A stretch of DNA of 64,000 bases from Eledone cirrhosa. Its lineage: Eukaryota. The first letter of the stretch is position 1. Every line of letters begins with the position of its first letter. The position numbers and the translations under genes were made by a program. Of this stretch, positions 12,425 to 24,829 are shown one piece after another. The notes under the pieces are model-generated. The model searched no databases. It was not told the DNA's origin and saw nothing but the letters and a program-made list of their open reading frames with translations. The stretch spans positions 213,714,001-213,778,000 of the forward strand of contig OZ024740.1 in assembly GCA_964016885.1 (NCBI GenBank). The letters run 5' to 3'.

Positions 12425-12692
12425 ATAGAGAGAGGAGATGGAGAGAGAGAGGAGGGGAAGAGAGAGAAAGAGAGAGGAAAGAAAGAGAGAGGAAAGAGAG
12501 GGGAAAGAGAGAGAAAAGAAAGAGAGTGGAAAAGAAAGCGAAAGAGAAAGAGAGAGGAAGAGAGAGAGAAATAGAAAGAGATGGAGAAAGAGAGAGGGAG
12601 AGAGAAAGGAAGAGGGAGAGAGAGAAGAGAGAGAGAGAGAAGAGAGAGAGAGAAGAGAGAGAGAGAAGAGAGAGAGAGAAGAGAGAGAGAGA

Positions 12693-12727
<35 letters not shown>
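12425..12727. repeat. Purine-rich (GA/GAA) low-complexity tract
   Basis: Direct. Confidence 0.95.
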
Positions 12728-14100
12728 GCGGATATTTTGGTATATTAAAATTGCAAAGAAAAGGAAAAGATGAAGTAAAAATAAGAACACTTTAACATGA
12801 CTTTATTTATACGACTTTGGTGCAGAATCTGCAATTTAATTTCTACGTATTTATTTATTTAGCTGTGATGTAAACATGAATAACAGCAGGATTTGTGTTG
12901 GAATTCTGCTCGGAAATCTTCTAATTTATTCCTTACAAATTACAACTATTCAAGATTTGTTTAGTACTTGTCTCTTCTTGCCAAACCCACAAGGCTTAAT
13001 CTCAAAATAATATAACCATGTGTATAAGAGAAAAACAGGAAAAAATTGAAAAAAGATGTTAGCATTTTATTGGCCGAAATATTAAAAAAAATATATATAT
13101 ACGTATAATTTCCTTGCCAAATTCATTAAAATGCCATAAGTTACTTTGATGTCATTTTAGATTCTATATTCTAAATAATATACTGAGTAAAATTAATACT
13201 ATTATTCTATTTGTTTTTACTATTTACGTTTTATTTATTTTTCCTTTTATTTTCTCATTATTTACTAGGAAGTGTCACACTTTTTTAAGACAATAAGTTG
13301 TTGACAGATATAATATGTTTGTTTGGAAAGGATGTAAGTTAACTGAAGGTCCTTTTTCCTCGTGGGAGGATTTAAACACGATACTGCAAACTAATGAAGT
13401 ATTTATCGATTACAGTACTAAATGTTATCTTTCCATCGTCATATAAGCCATATTTCAATCTAAATTAGACAATGCCAACTAGGGATTAGTGTCCCCTTAA
13501 ATGGATATAACATATGCAACAGAGACTTGATACGAATTGGAAAACCTTTACAAGTCAACAGGCTCGTTCCTAGCAAAATCTCTCCTCATGGCTCTCATTA
13601 TATCATTAAAATTATTTTAGTAAAATAAAAATAAACTTCGTTAAACATTAGCTGCCAGCATAAGTTAAGCGTTTTAAAAACGATGATTATTAATATTCAA
13701 TTGTTTTATGAAATTTACGACCAATTATTTTATTTCTATTTACAGAAATTAGTTCAATTGAGGAAATACAGCAAATATTATTTTTAATTATAAAATGCGA
13801 AATTCTTATGACCTTGACAAGGGGTGGGGAATAAACACAAGTAAACAGAATATATACACCAATAAATGATAGAAAATGACAAAATACATTTGTCTAAGCC
13901 GAATTCTTCACAAAGCAACATTTTTTCTCCACTTACCTCCCACTTCCTCTCTTTTTCTCTCACACGTACACATACACACACACATACTCACACACATATT
14001 GGCACACATTCAGTTACATTCCCCCATCTTCTCTCTTTTCTTCTTCAAACAAAACAAAACATGAATGTATTAGATTTTGGAAACGATGGAAACGTCATTA

Positions 14101-14154
14101 ACCGGAAGTTAATTGTGTAACTCCAAAACGAAACATATGTCGTTTCTATATAAG
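14101..14154 (+). promoter_or_regulatory. Candidate promoter motifs of the VWA gene: ETS-like ACCGGAAGT (14101) and TATATAAG (14147)
   Basis: Motifs lie 220-270 nt upstream of the ATG. Motif match only. Confidence 0.25.
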
Positions 14155-14369
14155 GAAATATCTTCTCCCACCCCACCGCCCAAATATTTAAAAATATTTT
14201 TTGTTCGCCCCCGAATGTTTTTATACATAAATTATGCCCCCCGTCAATTTGTAGCTTCATATTGCGTGTCAGTGTTAGCAGACGATCAACTCAACTTACG
14301 CTCCTCACTAAGAAGACAGAAAAAAATCTCTTAACAACTTGGATGAATCTTTGTTCATATTGTCAGAAA

Positions 14370-14417
14370 ATGAAACCAAACACATCAATTGTCCATTTTA
14401 TTTTCCTACTACTTGCT
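14370..14417 (+). CDS. Secreted two-VWA-domain protein, coding exon 1 (MKPNTSIVHFIFLLLA)
   Basis: ATG, hydrophobic signal core, phase-0 donor GCT|gtgagt, in frame with the next exon. An upstream in-frame ATG at 14343 is possible. Confidence 0.7.
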
Positions 14418-15413
14418 GTGAGTGAAATTACTTTTTTTCTTCCTTTTTCCCTCCGTTTTCTTATCTATTCATTCATTTTTAGAGTTTTATTTCTTTGCCT
14501 AAACACCCTGACTAAAACAAATGTTGCAAGATTTTTACTGTTTTATTCATTATAGTAGTATTTGTTTTCAAATATCAAAATATTTGATCACATTTTTACG
14601 ACCCCGTCACTCAAAATTCGGTTGCAGCTATCATGTCATTAAACTCTGGCGAAATAACTTTGACATTGACATTTTATACTCTTTACTGTCGTAAGAAAAC
14701 AATAACAAAACAGTGGCTACAATAGCAGAAGGCAATTTTTAAGGACGACGATGCGATTATCTTAGTTCAACACAATCTTAGATAAAATCTTTTGTTGAGC
14801 AGACAAAACAAAGAAACTTGAAACATTTCAAACATTTACAGCTACCTGAAGGGTGTATATCATTTCGTTTTAAACCCTTTGGGAAATTACGGGATACGAT
14901 CACTGTATTTCTCTAACTTTCAATCATTACACTACATATTCTTCCATTTGAGATTATCAATTATACATAGATATCATCATAAATAGTATTAAATGATTGT
15001 TATTTTCTTTTTTCCTCCCTACACTCTTCTTTTTATCTATTTATTTCTTCAATTGTACCATGATCTTTAAAATGTTTTCGAGAATATACACCTTAGATTT
15101 TTTTCCTAATAGTTCCAGTTCAAAATGTTCTTGCTAATTATCACATTTCTAGTGATACATCTCAGAATTATAACCACTTCTAATCTATCTAGTCACTATA
15201 ATTATAAAATGATGATTTCACAACATAAGACCAGCACACATATATATATATTATTTTTATTAAGGCTAAATAGTGAGTTTTGTTACTCTGGAGTTTCGCC
15301 TGTTATCACGGGGATATCAGACTCCAGAGTAATAACACTCACTATTTAGCCTTTATAAAATGAATATTTTAAACTCTATTTCGGTAGGTTCTTCTGGTTT
15401 CATAATTTTACCA

Positions 15414-15448
<35 letters not shown>

Positions 15449-15770
15449 TTCTAACCTAGACACGAAACTCTTTCATTGGAATTTAGACATCAATTAGGTA
15501 GATATGTATGTATGTATGCATGCGTGTGTGTGCAGGTATGGATGTTATTATATGTGTGAATCTGTATATTTTGAGTTATATGTGTGCATGTGCATATGTT
15601 TTGTATCTGTACATGTGTACATACAGTTATGTATGTATGTGCATAATAATTTATGACGGCTAAGTTGTCTTGGCTTAAACAGAACGGAATTGATGCGATG
15701 TTATTCCCCTATGTTCAAAGACAGCCTTAGTATAAAACACTAACACCTCTACCACTATCATTGTAAAATA

Positions 15771-16210
15771 TTGAGTTCAAATCCCGCCGAGGTTAACTTT
15801 GCCTTTCATCCTTACGGGGTCGATAAAATAAAGTACCAGTAATACACTGTGTAATTGCTGGCCTTATGCCAAAAGTAGAAACAATTATAGGTTATAGATT
15901 ATATTGGGTCGTCAAGTATGAAATTTGTAGAAATTGGGGGGGGGGGGGGTTCTACAAATTTCATACTTGACGATTCAATAGATTATTTCATTTATGTTAA
16001 CTGCATTATTGTTGTTGATGTTAAGGTGGTGGATTGGCAGAATCATTAGAGCGTCGAACAAATACTTTGTAGTATTGGTTCCAGCTCTTTACGTTCTGAG
16101 TTCAAATCCAGCTGAGGTTAGCTTTGCCTTTTATCCTCCCAACGTCGATTGAATCAACTTTCCCATTCCTCCCCCAAAAATTGTTGACTTTGTGCCTAAA
16201 CCAGAAACCA
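15771..16210 (+). mobile_element. Two SINE family A copies (15771-15885 partial; 16024-16210)
   Basis: B-box and core motifs. Confidence 0.85.
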
Positions 16211-16513
16211 CTATTGTTGTTGAGTAAGTCAAACAAACCTATAATCTATATAAAGCTGAAAATGCTGATGTAACTCGCGAGGCTTGTTCTTGCTCGTTCA
16301 TCTTGCTCATAATCCCCTGGAGTAACACATTTGTAATACGCCCCGTCGGGACCATGAAGTAACATCCATCTGATATTTTACAAAGAAGAACCGATTGTAG
16401 ACAAAAAAACATTATTTAAAGAGACATCTGATTTAAGAAAATTAGCAACTACTGTCAGTACATGTATGGGATAGATTTTAAAGCTCTACTTTAAATTATC
16501 CAGTCACCAAAAT

Positions 16514-16708
16514 CAGACCTGTCAACTCTTCCCGTCGGACAGGGAGATCTCCGACCCACTTTGGGGTGGGTGAGAGATGTCTTCACTTGTGAAAATGGGT
16601 ATAGCTTTCATTATATAAAATCCCCCAATTTTGCCTCGTTTCTCCCCGTTTTGGGGCACTTTTTGTCATGGTACTCTCCGTTTGGGTTTTTAGAAGTTGA
16701 CAGGTCTG
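16514..16708. mobile_element. MITE with perfect 14-bp TIRs and 6-bp TSD
   Basis: cagacctgtcaact / agttgacaggtctg, flanked by caaaat on both sides. Confidence 0.8.
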
Positions 16709-17432
16709 CAAAATAAAAGACGCTTCAGTATAAATGTTGTACAATGCTACTCATTGTATCGCACTGGGGTTAGTTAGCTGGGATGAGGGTGGGGTGGTAG
16801 TGAGACAGTTAGACCATGTTGTGAGTAATTTATCTTCGTAGCAATGGTGGTCAGTTACATGGGTCTAGATTCACTAGAGGTTATTTAAACATGCACATGT
16901 CTGATATTGGGATTATCTGGATCAAGTGGAACAAACCATCTTTTATTTAAATGTTGGAACATAGTTCTGTCGTAATGTTCATATCGTGATGTTTGTGACA
17001 TATTCTAAACTTCAGCTATGAGTTGTTATTCTCACATCTAGATGGTCTTTTACTATCAATGATGTCTACCTTTAGATGATACTCATTGAAGCCTTTAACT
17101 AACTTTCTCTCTCAAACATCGTCATATCATCTACAAAATACAACTTATTCTAAATTGAGATGCAATGACCACAACCAGATTTTCACTGTCTGCATCGTCT
17201 AGTGTCTTTGAGTAAGACATTAAACAATACTTGTCGAAAGTTCCCTGTCTTATTTAAAATACCTTCACCATTTTGTCCACAGGACGCAGCTAAGGGATAC
17301 CACTCTGACTGGGGTGTAAAGTCTGTCCCCCTCTTCCCTTCCTTTCGGTGTTTAATTTCTTCTTTCATTTTATTTATTTATTTTTTCTTGTATTCTTCAT
17401 TTCCTTACTGCTTTATATAATTTTTTCTATCA

Positions 17433-17992
17433 ATTTAGACTGTATAGAGTCTTTGGACAAGAGACTTATAGATACTTAAATTTAGACTGTATGAGTCTTT
17501 GGACAAGAGACTTATAGATACTTAAATTTAGACTGTATAGAGTCTTTGGACAAGATACTTATCGATACTTAAATTTAGACTGTATAGAGTCTTTGGACAA
17601 GATACTTATAGATACTTAAATTTAGACTGTATAGAGTCTTTAGACAAGAGACTTATAGATACTTAAATTTAGACTGTATAGAGTCTTTGGAGAAGAGATT
17701 TATAGATACTTAAATTTAGACTGTATAGAGTCTTTAGACAAGAGACTTATAGATACTTAAATTTAGACTGTATAGAGTCTTTAGACAAGAGACTTATAGA
17801 TACTTAAATTTAGACTGTATAGAGTCTTTAGACAAGAGACTTATAGATACTTAAATTTAGACTGTATAGAGTCTTTGGACAAGATACTTATAGATACTTA
17901 AATTTAGACTGTATAGAGTCTTTGGACAAGAGACTTATAGATACTTAAATTTAGACTGTATAGAGTCTTTGGACAAGATACTTATCGATACT
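17433..17992. repeat. 47-bp minisatellite, ~12 copies
   Basis: Unit aatttagactgtatagagtctttggacaagagacttatagatactta. Confidence 0.97.
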
Positions 17993-18435
17993 TGTTGAAA
18001 GAGCCTTGTCTAATTTAGAATTCATTATTATTTTTTTAAATCTCCAAATGCATTCAGTATCTTAGCATATACATGGTCCCGTAACTCTTGAGAGACCTTT
18101 TGGGGCACCGTATTGACATATGGCGTTTCTAGGGCATTTTAAAACCTGTCTAAGCCCATCTCCTCTCCGTCATCACAGCATATATCATACATTCAATTCT
18201 AAATATTTTTATAAGCATGGATTGCACTTCATTTAAAATACTGATATCACAGAGAAAGATATGAAAAAACAAAACAAAACAATAAGCCCCCCCCCCCCCT
18301 CACACAAACAGAGGTTTTTATGATTGTATAAGAAATTCACAAAGTATCATGGAACTTCATTGTGCTTGTTGTTACATAAGATGACTCTTTCTTTCAGTTT
18401 AACAAGCTTCTGAAATATTTTTCTATTTATTCTAG

Positions 18436-18469
18436 GGTGTAAAATTGATATCAGCACAAGAAACCTATT
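18436..18469 (+). CDS. VWA protein exon 2 (GVKLISAQETY + T), end of signal peptide
   Basis: ttattctag| ... |gtaagt. 34 nt, phase 0 to 1. ISA-QE resembles a signal cleavage site. Confidence 0.75.
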
Positions 18470-18649
18470 GTAAGTATTTTAAATTTCTCTAAATTTAGGA
18501 ATTATATTCTCATCCCTCTCATCTCTCATTTGTGTACATTTTATGTTTAACGTTGTAATACCCACAAAGAAATATTTGTAAGAAATAGCTGGGGAATTTT
18601 TTTTTGTCAAAGTTTACTAAGTTTGTCAAATAGTTTCTTATAAACATTT

Positions 18650-19010
18650 GTGCAGTCTGTGCTCCGTGGAGAGTAAACTCTCCAAATATCGGTCTCTCTT
18701 CGACAGGTTTGTGGTAGAGCCCGGATCAGTGGAGACTTCTGGTATCCTTGGCCCTAGGACCACCTCCCTACTTACCACCATCGGCACGGTGTACGCAATT
18801 ATAGAAATTATTAGCCACTGTCCGTGGAAATGCTTTTGCATTTTTGTCCGCTTCCTCATCCTTTTCTTCTGTGGCCCTAGAGTCCTTGCTTTTCCCCTCT
18901 TTTTCCTCTCATGTGGCTTTTATAGTCCTTTCCTCTACTTCCAACACAGCCAGATCTGCCCTTCTTTACCCCTTCCCCATTTGTAATATTATTTATACAA
19001 TTGTAAATAA
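18650..19010 (+). mobile_element. CRE-like LINE 3' fragments, family A piece followed by family B piece
   Basis: ESKLSKYRSLFDRFVVEPGSVETSGILGPRTTSLLTTIGT, then LATVRGNAFAFLSA and family-B 3'UTR ending ttgtaaataaa. Confidence 0.75.
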
Positions 19011-19815
19011 ACTTCTATTAGCCGGTTCAAATGACACTTCTTGCTAATTGAAACATTTGATTGAATGCCATAATTCCTGATCATCCAACAACGAGAATGT
19101 TCAGTCGATTGTTCAGTCGATTGTTCAGTCGATCTGCCATTCCATTTACTTCAGTTCTTGCTCACGTGTTTCCCATATACACAGACAAAATAGTCATTTT
19201 ATTTGTAGTAGGTATTATTATTTGATTGGAAGAACCGATAAAATGGAGGACAAGGTGCCCGTGTCAACTTTGCTTTTCCTCCTTCTGTGTTCGATAAGAT
19301 AAAGCCAAAACAAACACAGATTCCGATATAGTCGACTGCACTCCACCACAAAATATATTTGTAGCCTTGCACTTGTATTAGGCATCCATATTCTTAAACA
19401 GAGCAGTGAGTTGGCAGCTTGGGAAGAGTAGCTGGTAAAATGTGGTAAGAAACTCTCAGGAGAGCTGGACAACAGAAGGTCTTTAGAGAAGACCCACCCC
19501 CATCCTCAAGCAAGTGTTTCGGCTCTTAATTTCTGGATTAAGTTACATCCTTTTATATTCTGTTATTAGTTCAAAACCTACTGAGAGTTAAATCTTACCT
19601 TTTATCTACCCAGAACAGATAAATTATATACCAATGTAGTCGATTAAATAGGCCCTGCTCTGGCCCCAAATTTACTGGCCTTGTGCCTAAATTAGAAATC
19701 AATATTATTAGCTGAGCAGTATTTAGCTTTGTTCCCACCCCCTCCCACCCAGCGTTCTAATTATAAATGTAAGGCTGGATCTATATAAAATATACAGCAG
19801 CTGTATATTGATAAA

Positions 19816-20140
19816 GGCGGTGAATTGGCAGAGTCGTTAGAACGTCGGATAAAATATTCTGTGATATACGACCCGGCTTTCTGCTCTCTGAGTTCAAATC
19901 ACGCCGAGGTCAACTTTGGCTTTCATCCTTTTGAGGTCGATAAAAAACGTACCAGTCAAGTACTGAGGTCAATTCTTCCTCTATTTCTCTTTCTCATTCT
20001 CTCACTCTATATCCTTTTCTGGAAGAAATCTGCTGTATATGGGATCCGCCATGTTTTTAAAAATGCTTCTACAAACGCCGTATGTCAATATGGCTCCCCT
20101 ATAACTTCATCGGGAGGTACGGGCCTATACCTTACCATAT
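19816..20140 (+). mobile_element. SINE family B
   Basis: ggcggtgaattggcagagtcgttag ... gagttcaaatcacgccgagg ... core and B-type tail. Confidence 0.85.
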
Positions 20141-20777
20141 GCTGATAAAGCTTTAATACAGTTTTACCGTATTGCTACTGAAGATGTAAGGCATATATTA
20201 TCAGTTATTATCTAACACGCAAAACGCCCTGAGAGAGGGAGAGAGAAACGTCGACGAGTGCTTATTCTAAAGATGTGTGCTCTGGCGTGGACACGTGCAT
20301 TTCTAACTGCACGACTATCTGAGCGTGATACATAGAATAGCTGCAAAGTGTGAAGACGTAGCTCATATTTGATGTTGACATTACTGGTGGAACACTGTTT
20401 GTTATTACAGCTATCTAAATAGTTGTTTCTACTATTGGCACAACTAAATAGTAACCGACGATTCGGCACTAAATCAACATTTAAAAAACTTTAAAATCTC
20501 TATTTTTTTGTTAATTCACCATAAATGTTTTTGTTTGGGTTACTGTAACAACAACAACAACAACATTTATTACTACTACGGCTGTTGTTGTTGAGTTACT
20601 ATCGATAGAGTTCCAATCAATAACGTATCGAACTACCAGCCGAAAGGTTTAGTGATTGATATGCTGGCATCGATTCAGGCGAGATTGATTCTATTTCTAT
20701 TTAAAAATTGGCAACGTACTTTGCCAAAATAAATAATCCTCGTTTGTGTGTGGGTGTAACAGAGAGAACTAGCAAAC

Positions 20778-21038
20778 TACCTGAGGCGGCTGAAAAGTTC
20801 ATAGGCTGACTAAGATACTCTCATGGAATGACTAAATAAGGTTTATTTTTCATCATAGTCCCTGCCGACCAAGATCCTCTCATGGAATGACCAAATGAGG
20901 TATATTTTTCAACATAGTCCATGGAAAGAAATAATACAATTATTAATAAGAAGAGTTGAAATTAATGCATGTAACATTTCACAGCTTTAGCATCACCCCT
21001 ACATAGTCAGCCTATGAACTTTTCATCCGGCGTTTGTA
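20778..21038. mobile_element. Tc1/mariner-type MITE
   Basis: TIRs gaaaagttcataggctgac / gtcagcctatgaacttttc with TA flanks. Related copies at 52901-53106, ~41010-41102 and ~54280-54370. Confidence 0.8.
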
Positions 21039-21217
21039 TGTAAAATCTAACAACACAACTAAAATCTGCAACTTCTCAAATGGAGTACCGCAGTGATGCG
21101 TCTTCCCACAAATCCTAATGTTGTCTCTTATCTTCTAGCAAAAATACCCATCCCCATACTCATACAAACATTTACAGTAAATTACAAGGAATCACCTTTA
21201 AACAATCATAAGAAATA

Positions 21218-21560
21218 CTGCTCCGCAAGATCGGAACGTCAGTGGCCCATCTGAGGAAGGAGCCCCTCGAGGTGGGGTGGCTGTTGCAGCGGGTGTCACT
21301 GGTCATTGTCCGCGGAAATATTTTTTCAGTTTTGTCCGCGGGGCACAGCTCCAACACCGCCCCATCCTAGATCCAGAGCCCACCACCTTCTCCCATTCCC
21401 CCTCCCTTTCTTCTGTGGCCCTAGACTCCTTGCTTTTCCCGTTCCTTTTCTCTCATTTATGGCCTTTATAGTCCCTTCCTTTACTTTCCCACACAGCCAG
21501 ACCCGCCCTTCTTTGCCCCTTCCCCATTTGTAATGTTATTTATACAATTGTAAATAAATA
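21218..21560 (+). mobile_element. CRE-like LINE 3' end (family B)
   Basis: LRKIGTSVAHLRKEPLEVGWLLQRVSLVIVRGNIFSVLSAG, then pyrimidine-rich 3'UTR and AATAAA. Confidence 0.8.
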
Positions 21561-22089
21561 AGTTAGCTTTATACAATCATATCAGACATAGAAAATATAG
21601 TAAAACTCAGTAATAAAGGACGCGTCCATTAATTTGGGGGCTAAGGGACAAAGAAAGAAATGTTGCAGCAAGAAGTCGTTTTGACGTCACACATACAAAA
21701 AAAAGAAAAAAAAAGATAAAAAGTGTTACATAAATAAAAACAAGAACAACAATATATTCCAAGTTTTCTAAAAGATACAGTGTCAAAGATTGTTAAACTA
21801 TCATTATAAAAGATTTTAATCTTCAAACATTTTTTCTGCTTCGTTTATAAATACTGTGAAATGTTATTTTTAAATATGTGACATTTAAAATTGAATTAGA
21901 AGATCTCTCCGTAATTTTGACCAAATAAAATATTATAATAATAACGGATGGGTACCATTTCCCTAACTATCAGAGTTTGTAAAATAAAGTTTTGAAACCC
22001 TGCTACATTGTTTACTTTACATACTTCGAACGATGTAACCTCTTTTTTAACGTGATATATATATTGCTTTGTTTTTATTTTTCTCGCAG

Positions 22090-22662
22090 ATTGTGGCGGA
22101 AAACCGGCGGATGTTTTCTTTCTTTTGGATTCTTCAACGAGTATTTGGTTCATAGACTTCGAAAAACAAATAAAATTCGTGGAAAATATGATTGAGCTTT
22201 TTGAAATTGCACCAAATAAAACTCGTATTGGTCTCGGTACGTTTAGTAACAAGTTCCATCCACAGTTCAGTTTTAAAGACCACACCAATGAAACTCAAGT
22301 AATTGATGCACTGCAGAATATCCGTCAAGATTATGGTGGAACCAATACGGCAAACGCTATTGAGGAGATGCGGGAACAAGAATTTAATATCTATAACGCT
22401 CGACAAGACGTTGCTCACATCGCTATTATTTTAACAGATGGTAAATCTTGGAGCTTATCAAAAACAGCTTACCAAGCGAAAATATCCAAAGAAAAGGGTA
22501 TCTACATGTTTGCCATTGGTATTGGAAGCAATATAGACATCAATGAACTAAAGGGCATCGCTAGCAAATCTAATAACATGAACTCAGAATTTGTGTTTCA
22601 CGTGGAAAACTTTGATGCCTTAGACTCTATCAAAGAAGTTCTCGCGATCAAGACATGTGAAA
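22090..22662 (+). CDS. VWA protein exon 3: VWA domain 1 with intact MIDAS
   Basis: ttctcgcag| CGGKPADVFFLLDSSTSIW...RIGLGTFS...GGTNT...IILTDG...FAIGIG...KTCE |gtacgt. Phase 1-1, 573 nt. Confidence 0.95.
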
Positions 22663-22872
22663 GTACGTGAGTCTTTTGTAATATATCAACTCATTATAAC
22701 TGTCTTTGAACATTATACTTTCTTTAGAATTGTTTTGTTCTCTATAACATTTTATGCACAGTCTACCTGGTAACCAGCCTGCCTTCTTTCTAGCTTCATC
22801 TTAATATTTTTAAAATTTATTTTGTTTTAAACACCCCAGTTACAATTTTTATTATTCTTTTTAATAACATAA

Positions 22873-23088
22873 GGGCGGTGGATTGGCAGTATCGGTTGAG
22901 AGTCGGACACCATGCTTTGTAGCATAGAGTTACGGCCTTTTATGATCTGAGTTCAAATCCCGTCGAGGTTAACTTTGCCTTTCATCCTTACGGGGGTCGA
23001 TAAAATAAAGCACCAGTAATGTACTGGGGTCGATTTAATCGACTTTTCCCTTCCCCAAATTATTGGCCTTGTGCCTATACTAGAAATC
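22873..23088 (+). mobile_element. SINE family A
   Basis: Full head, core and tail. Confidence 0.9.
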
Positions 23089-23639
23089 CTTATTTTTAAT
23101 AACATTTCTCCGTACTCTGATTAATATATCACAACAGATTGCTTTCATCTTCATGTTTTTATCGTTTTCCCCAATTCTATGAGTTATTGTTTTTATATCC
23201 GTTCTTCCATGCTTGCACAGGCTAGACAAAGGTCGGAGCTTATTCCAACGAATGAAATTGATAAATAATAATTTCTTGCACAGTTACAGTCTCAAATTTA
23301 GACGGAATTGGGAATAAGATTTCATCATGTTTTCACTTTTTTCTCAGTGGAATTAATGAAATGAAATAAATTGATTTCAACCATGAACTAAATCTTGGTC
23401 GTGGACTCGGCTCACTGAGAATTTAGATTTTAATCCACATTGCTTTCGTACTAATACCAATAGCCACAACGGTAGATAACATCTAGTCGCTATAGTATCT
23501 TTGTTGTATGATTGGTACGTATATTATCGATCACATATAGATAAAGATCAAGATAAAATTGATGCCGGGGGGGGGGGGGATTTGAACTAAACCTTCTCCC
23601 TAAGACATTTAATCCAGTGGCTAAAAGCCACAACTGTTT

Positions 23640-23963
23640 TTGGAGATGACCATGGTTTCGCACCCTAGAATGTTCCCTTCCAGGGCTCAAGCCTGGTCAA
23701 GGTGTGTTTGTGGAGACCAGCAGTCACCCATGCATGCCTGTCCCCCCTCTCCACACCACCGAAGTTGTCCAAGGGATAGGCAATGGCCGATACATTTTGG
23801 AACCAGTGACGTCACAATTTATTTCTACAGCTGAGTGAACTGGAGCAACGTGAAATAAAGTGTCTTGCTCAAGAACACAACACACAGCTCGGTCCGGGAT
23901 TCGAACTCACATCCTTACGATTGTGAACTCAACCGTCTAACCACTAAGCCCCGCACCTTCACA
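23640..23963 (-). mobile_element. CORE-like tRNA-derived SINE
   Basis: Minus-strand ggcttagtggttag / gagttcgaatccc tRNA boxes plus core. The tail also occurs at 26188-26345, 28690-28840 and 48570-48690. Confidence 0.85.
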
Positions 23964-24740
23964 GGTGAGATCTAGTCACTATAGTATCTGTGTTATATGA
24001 TTGGTAGACATGTTATCAATCCCATATAGATGATGATGAAGATGATGCTGGAGTTTAACTAAATATTTTCCCTAAGACATTTGATCCAGTCTCAACCCTA
24101 TATGTTCTGAGTGAGTTGATCATTGACTGGTGTTCCAACAAAGATCATCCTATCATTGACTATTGGTGTTCCAACAAAGATCATCCTATCATTTTTCCAT
24201 TTTTAAAATGATACAATATAATATAAAAAAATATTTAGTTACTATATTAGTAGATATAGTGACCGCGTACAGTACTCTACGTGTTTGTTTGACCTGCTAA
24301 AAATAGCTGTCACATCTCCGTTAATAATCTAGATTTCAGTAGAGGTTAATTTAGACCAGTTAAAAGAAGGCTGTATATTCGATATAATGGCGTACAGTCA
24401 TTTGAAAACCATTATTTATTAATCTACACCAAGTTTTGTACTCTTAGTGAACATCAGGCAATTCTTTTAAACAAAATGTGGAGTTCTAACACTCATCAAA
24501 GGATGAGTGTTAGAACTCCACTTAATAATTCAATATTTAGTGAGATGAGTAGGGAGGAGTCTGTTAGCTTCACGGTCCTTCAAAATATGTGAGATGGGCT
24601 TGGGGACTTGACAGCAATCATAATCACTTCTTTGTTGTAAGTCAAACATGTATGTTTTTATATAATAAGACCCTAATTTGTTTCATATGTGCGGCAAATA
24701 TTCCCGTCATAATTTAATAAATTTTTCTTTATATTTTCAG

Positions 24741-24761
24741 TTGTACCGAATGACCAGTACA
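24741..24761 (+). CDS. VWA protein exon 4: 21-nt linker micro-exon (I-VPNDQY-R)
   Basis: Strong acceptor tttctttatattttcag and donor gtaagt. Symmetric phase 1-1, no stop. Confidence 0.75.
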
Positions 24762-24829
24762 GTAAGTATTACTTGACGATGTTTTATTTTAAATAAGAAA
24801 TAAACACAACTGCAAGAGAAAAACATTAT

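Noticed and set aside
23880-23963. tRNA gene
   Set aside because: A and B boxes are present but continue into a SINE core, and there is no complete cloverleaf.
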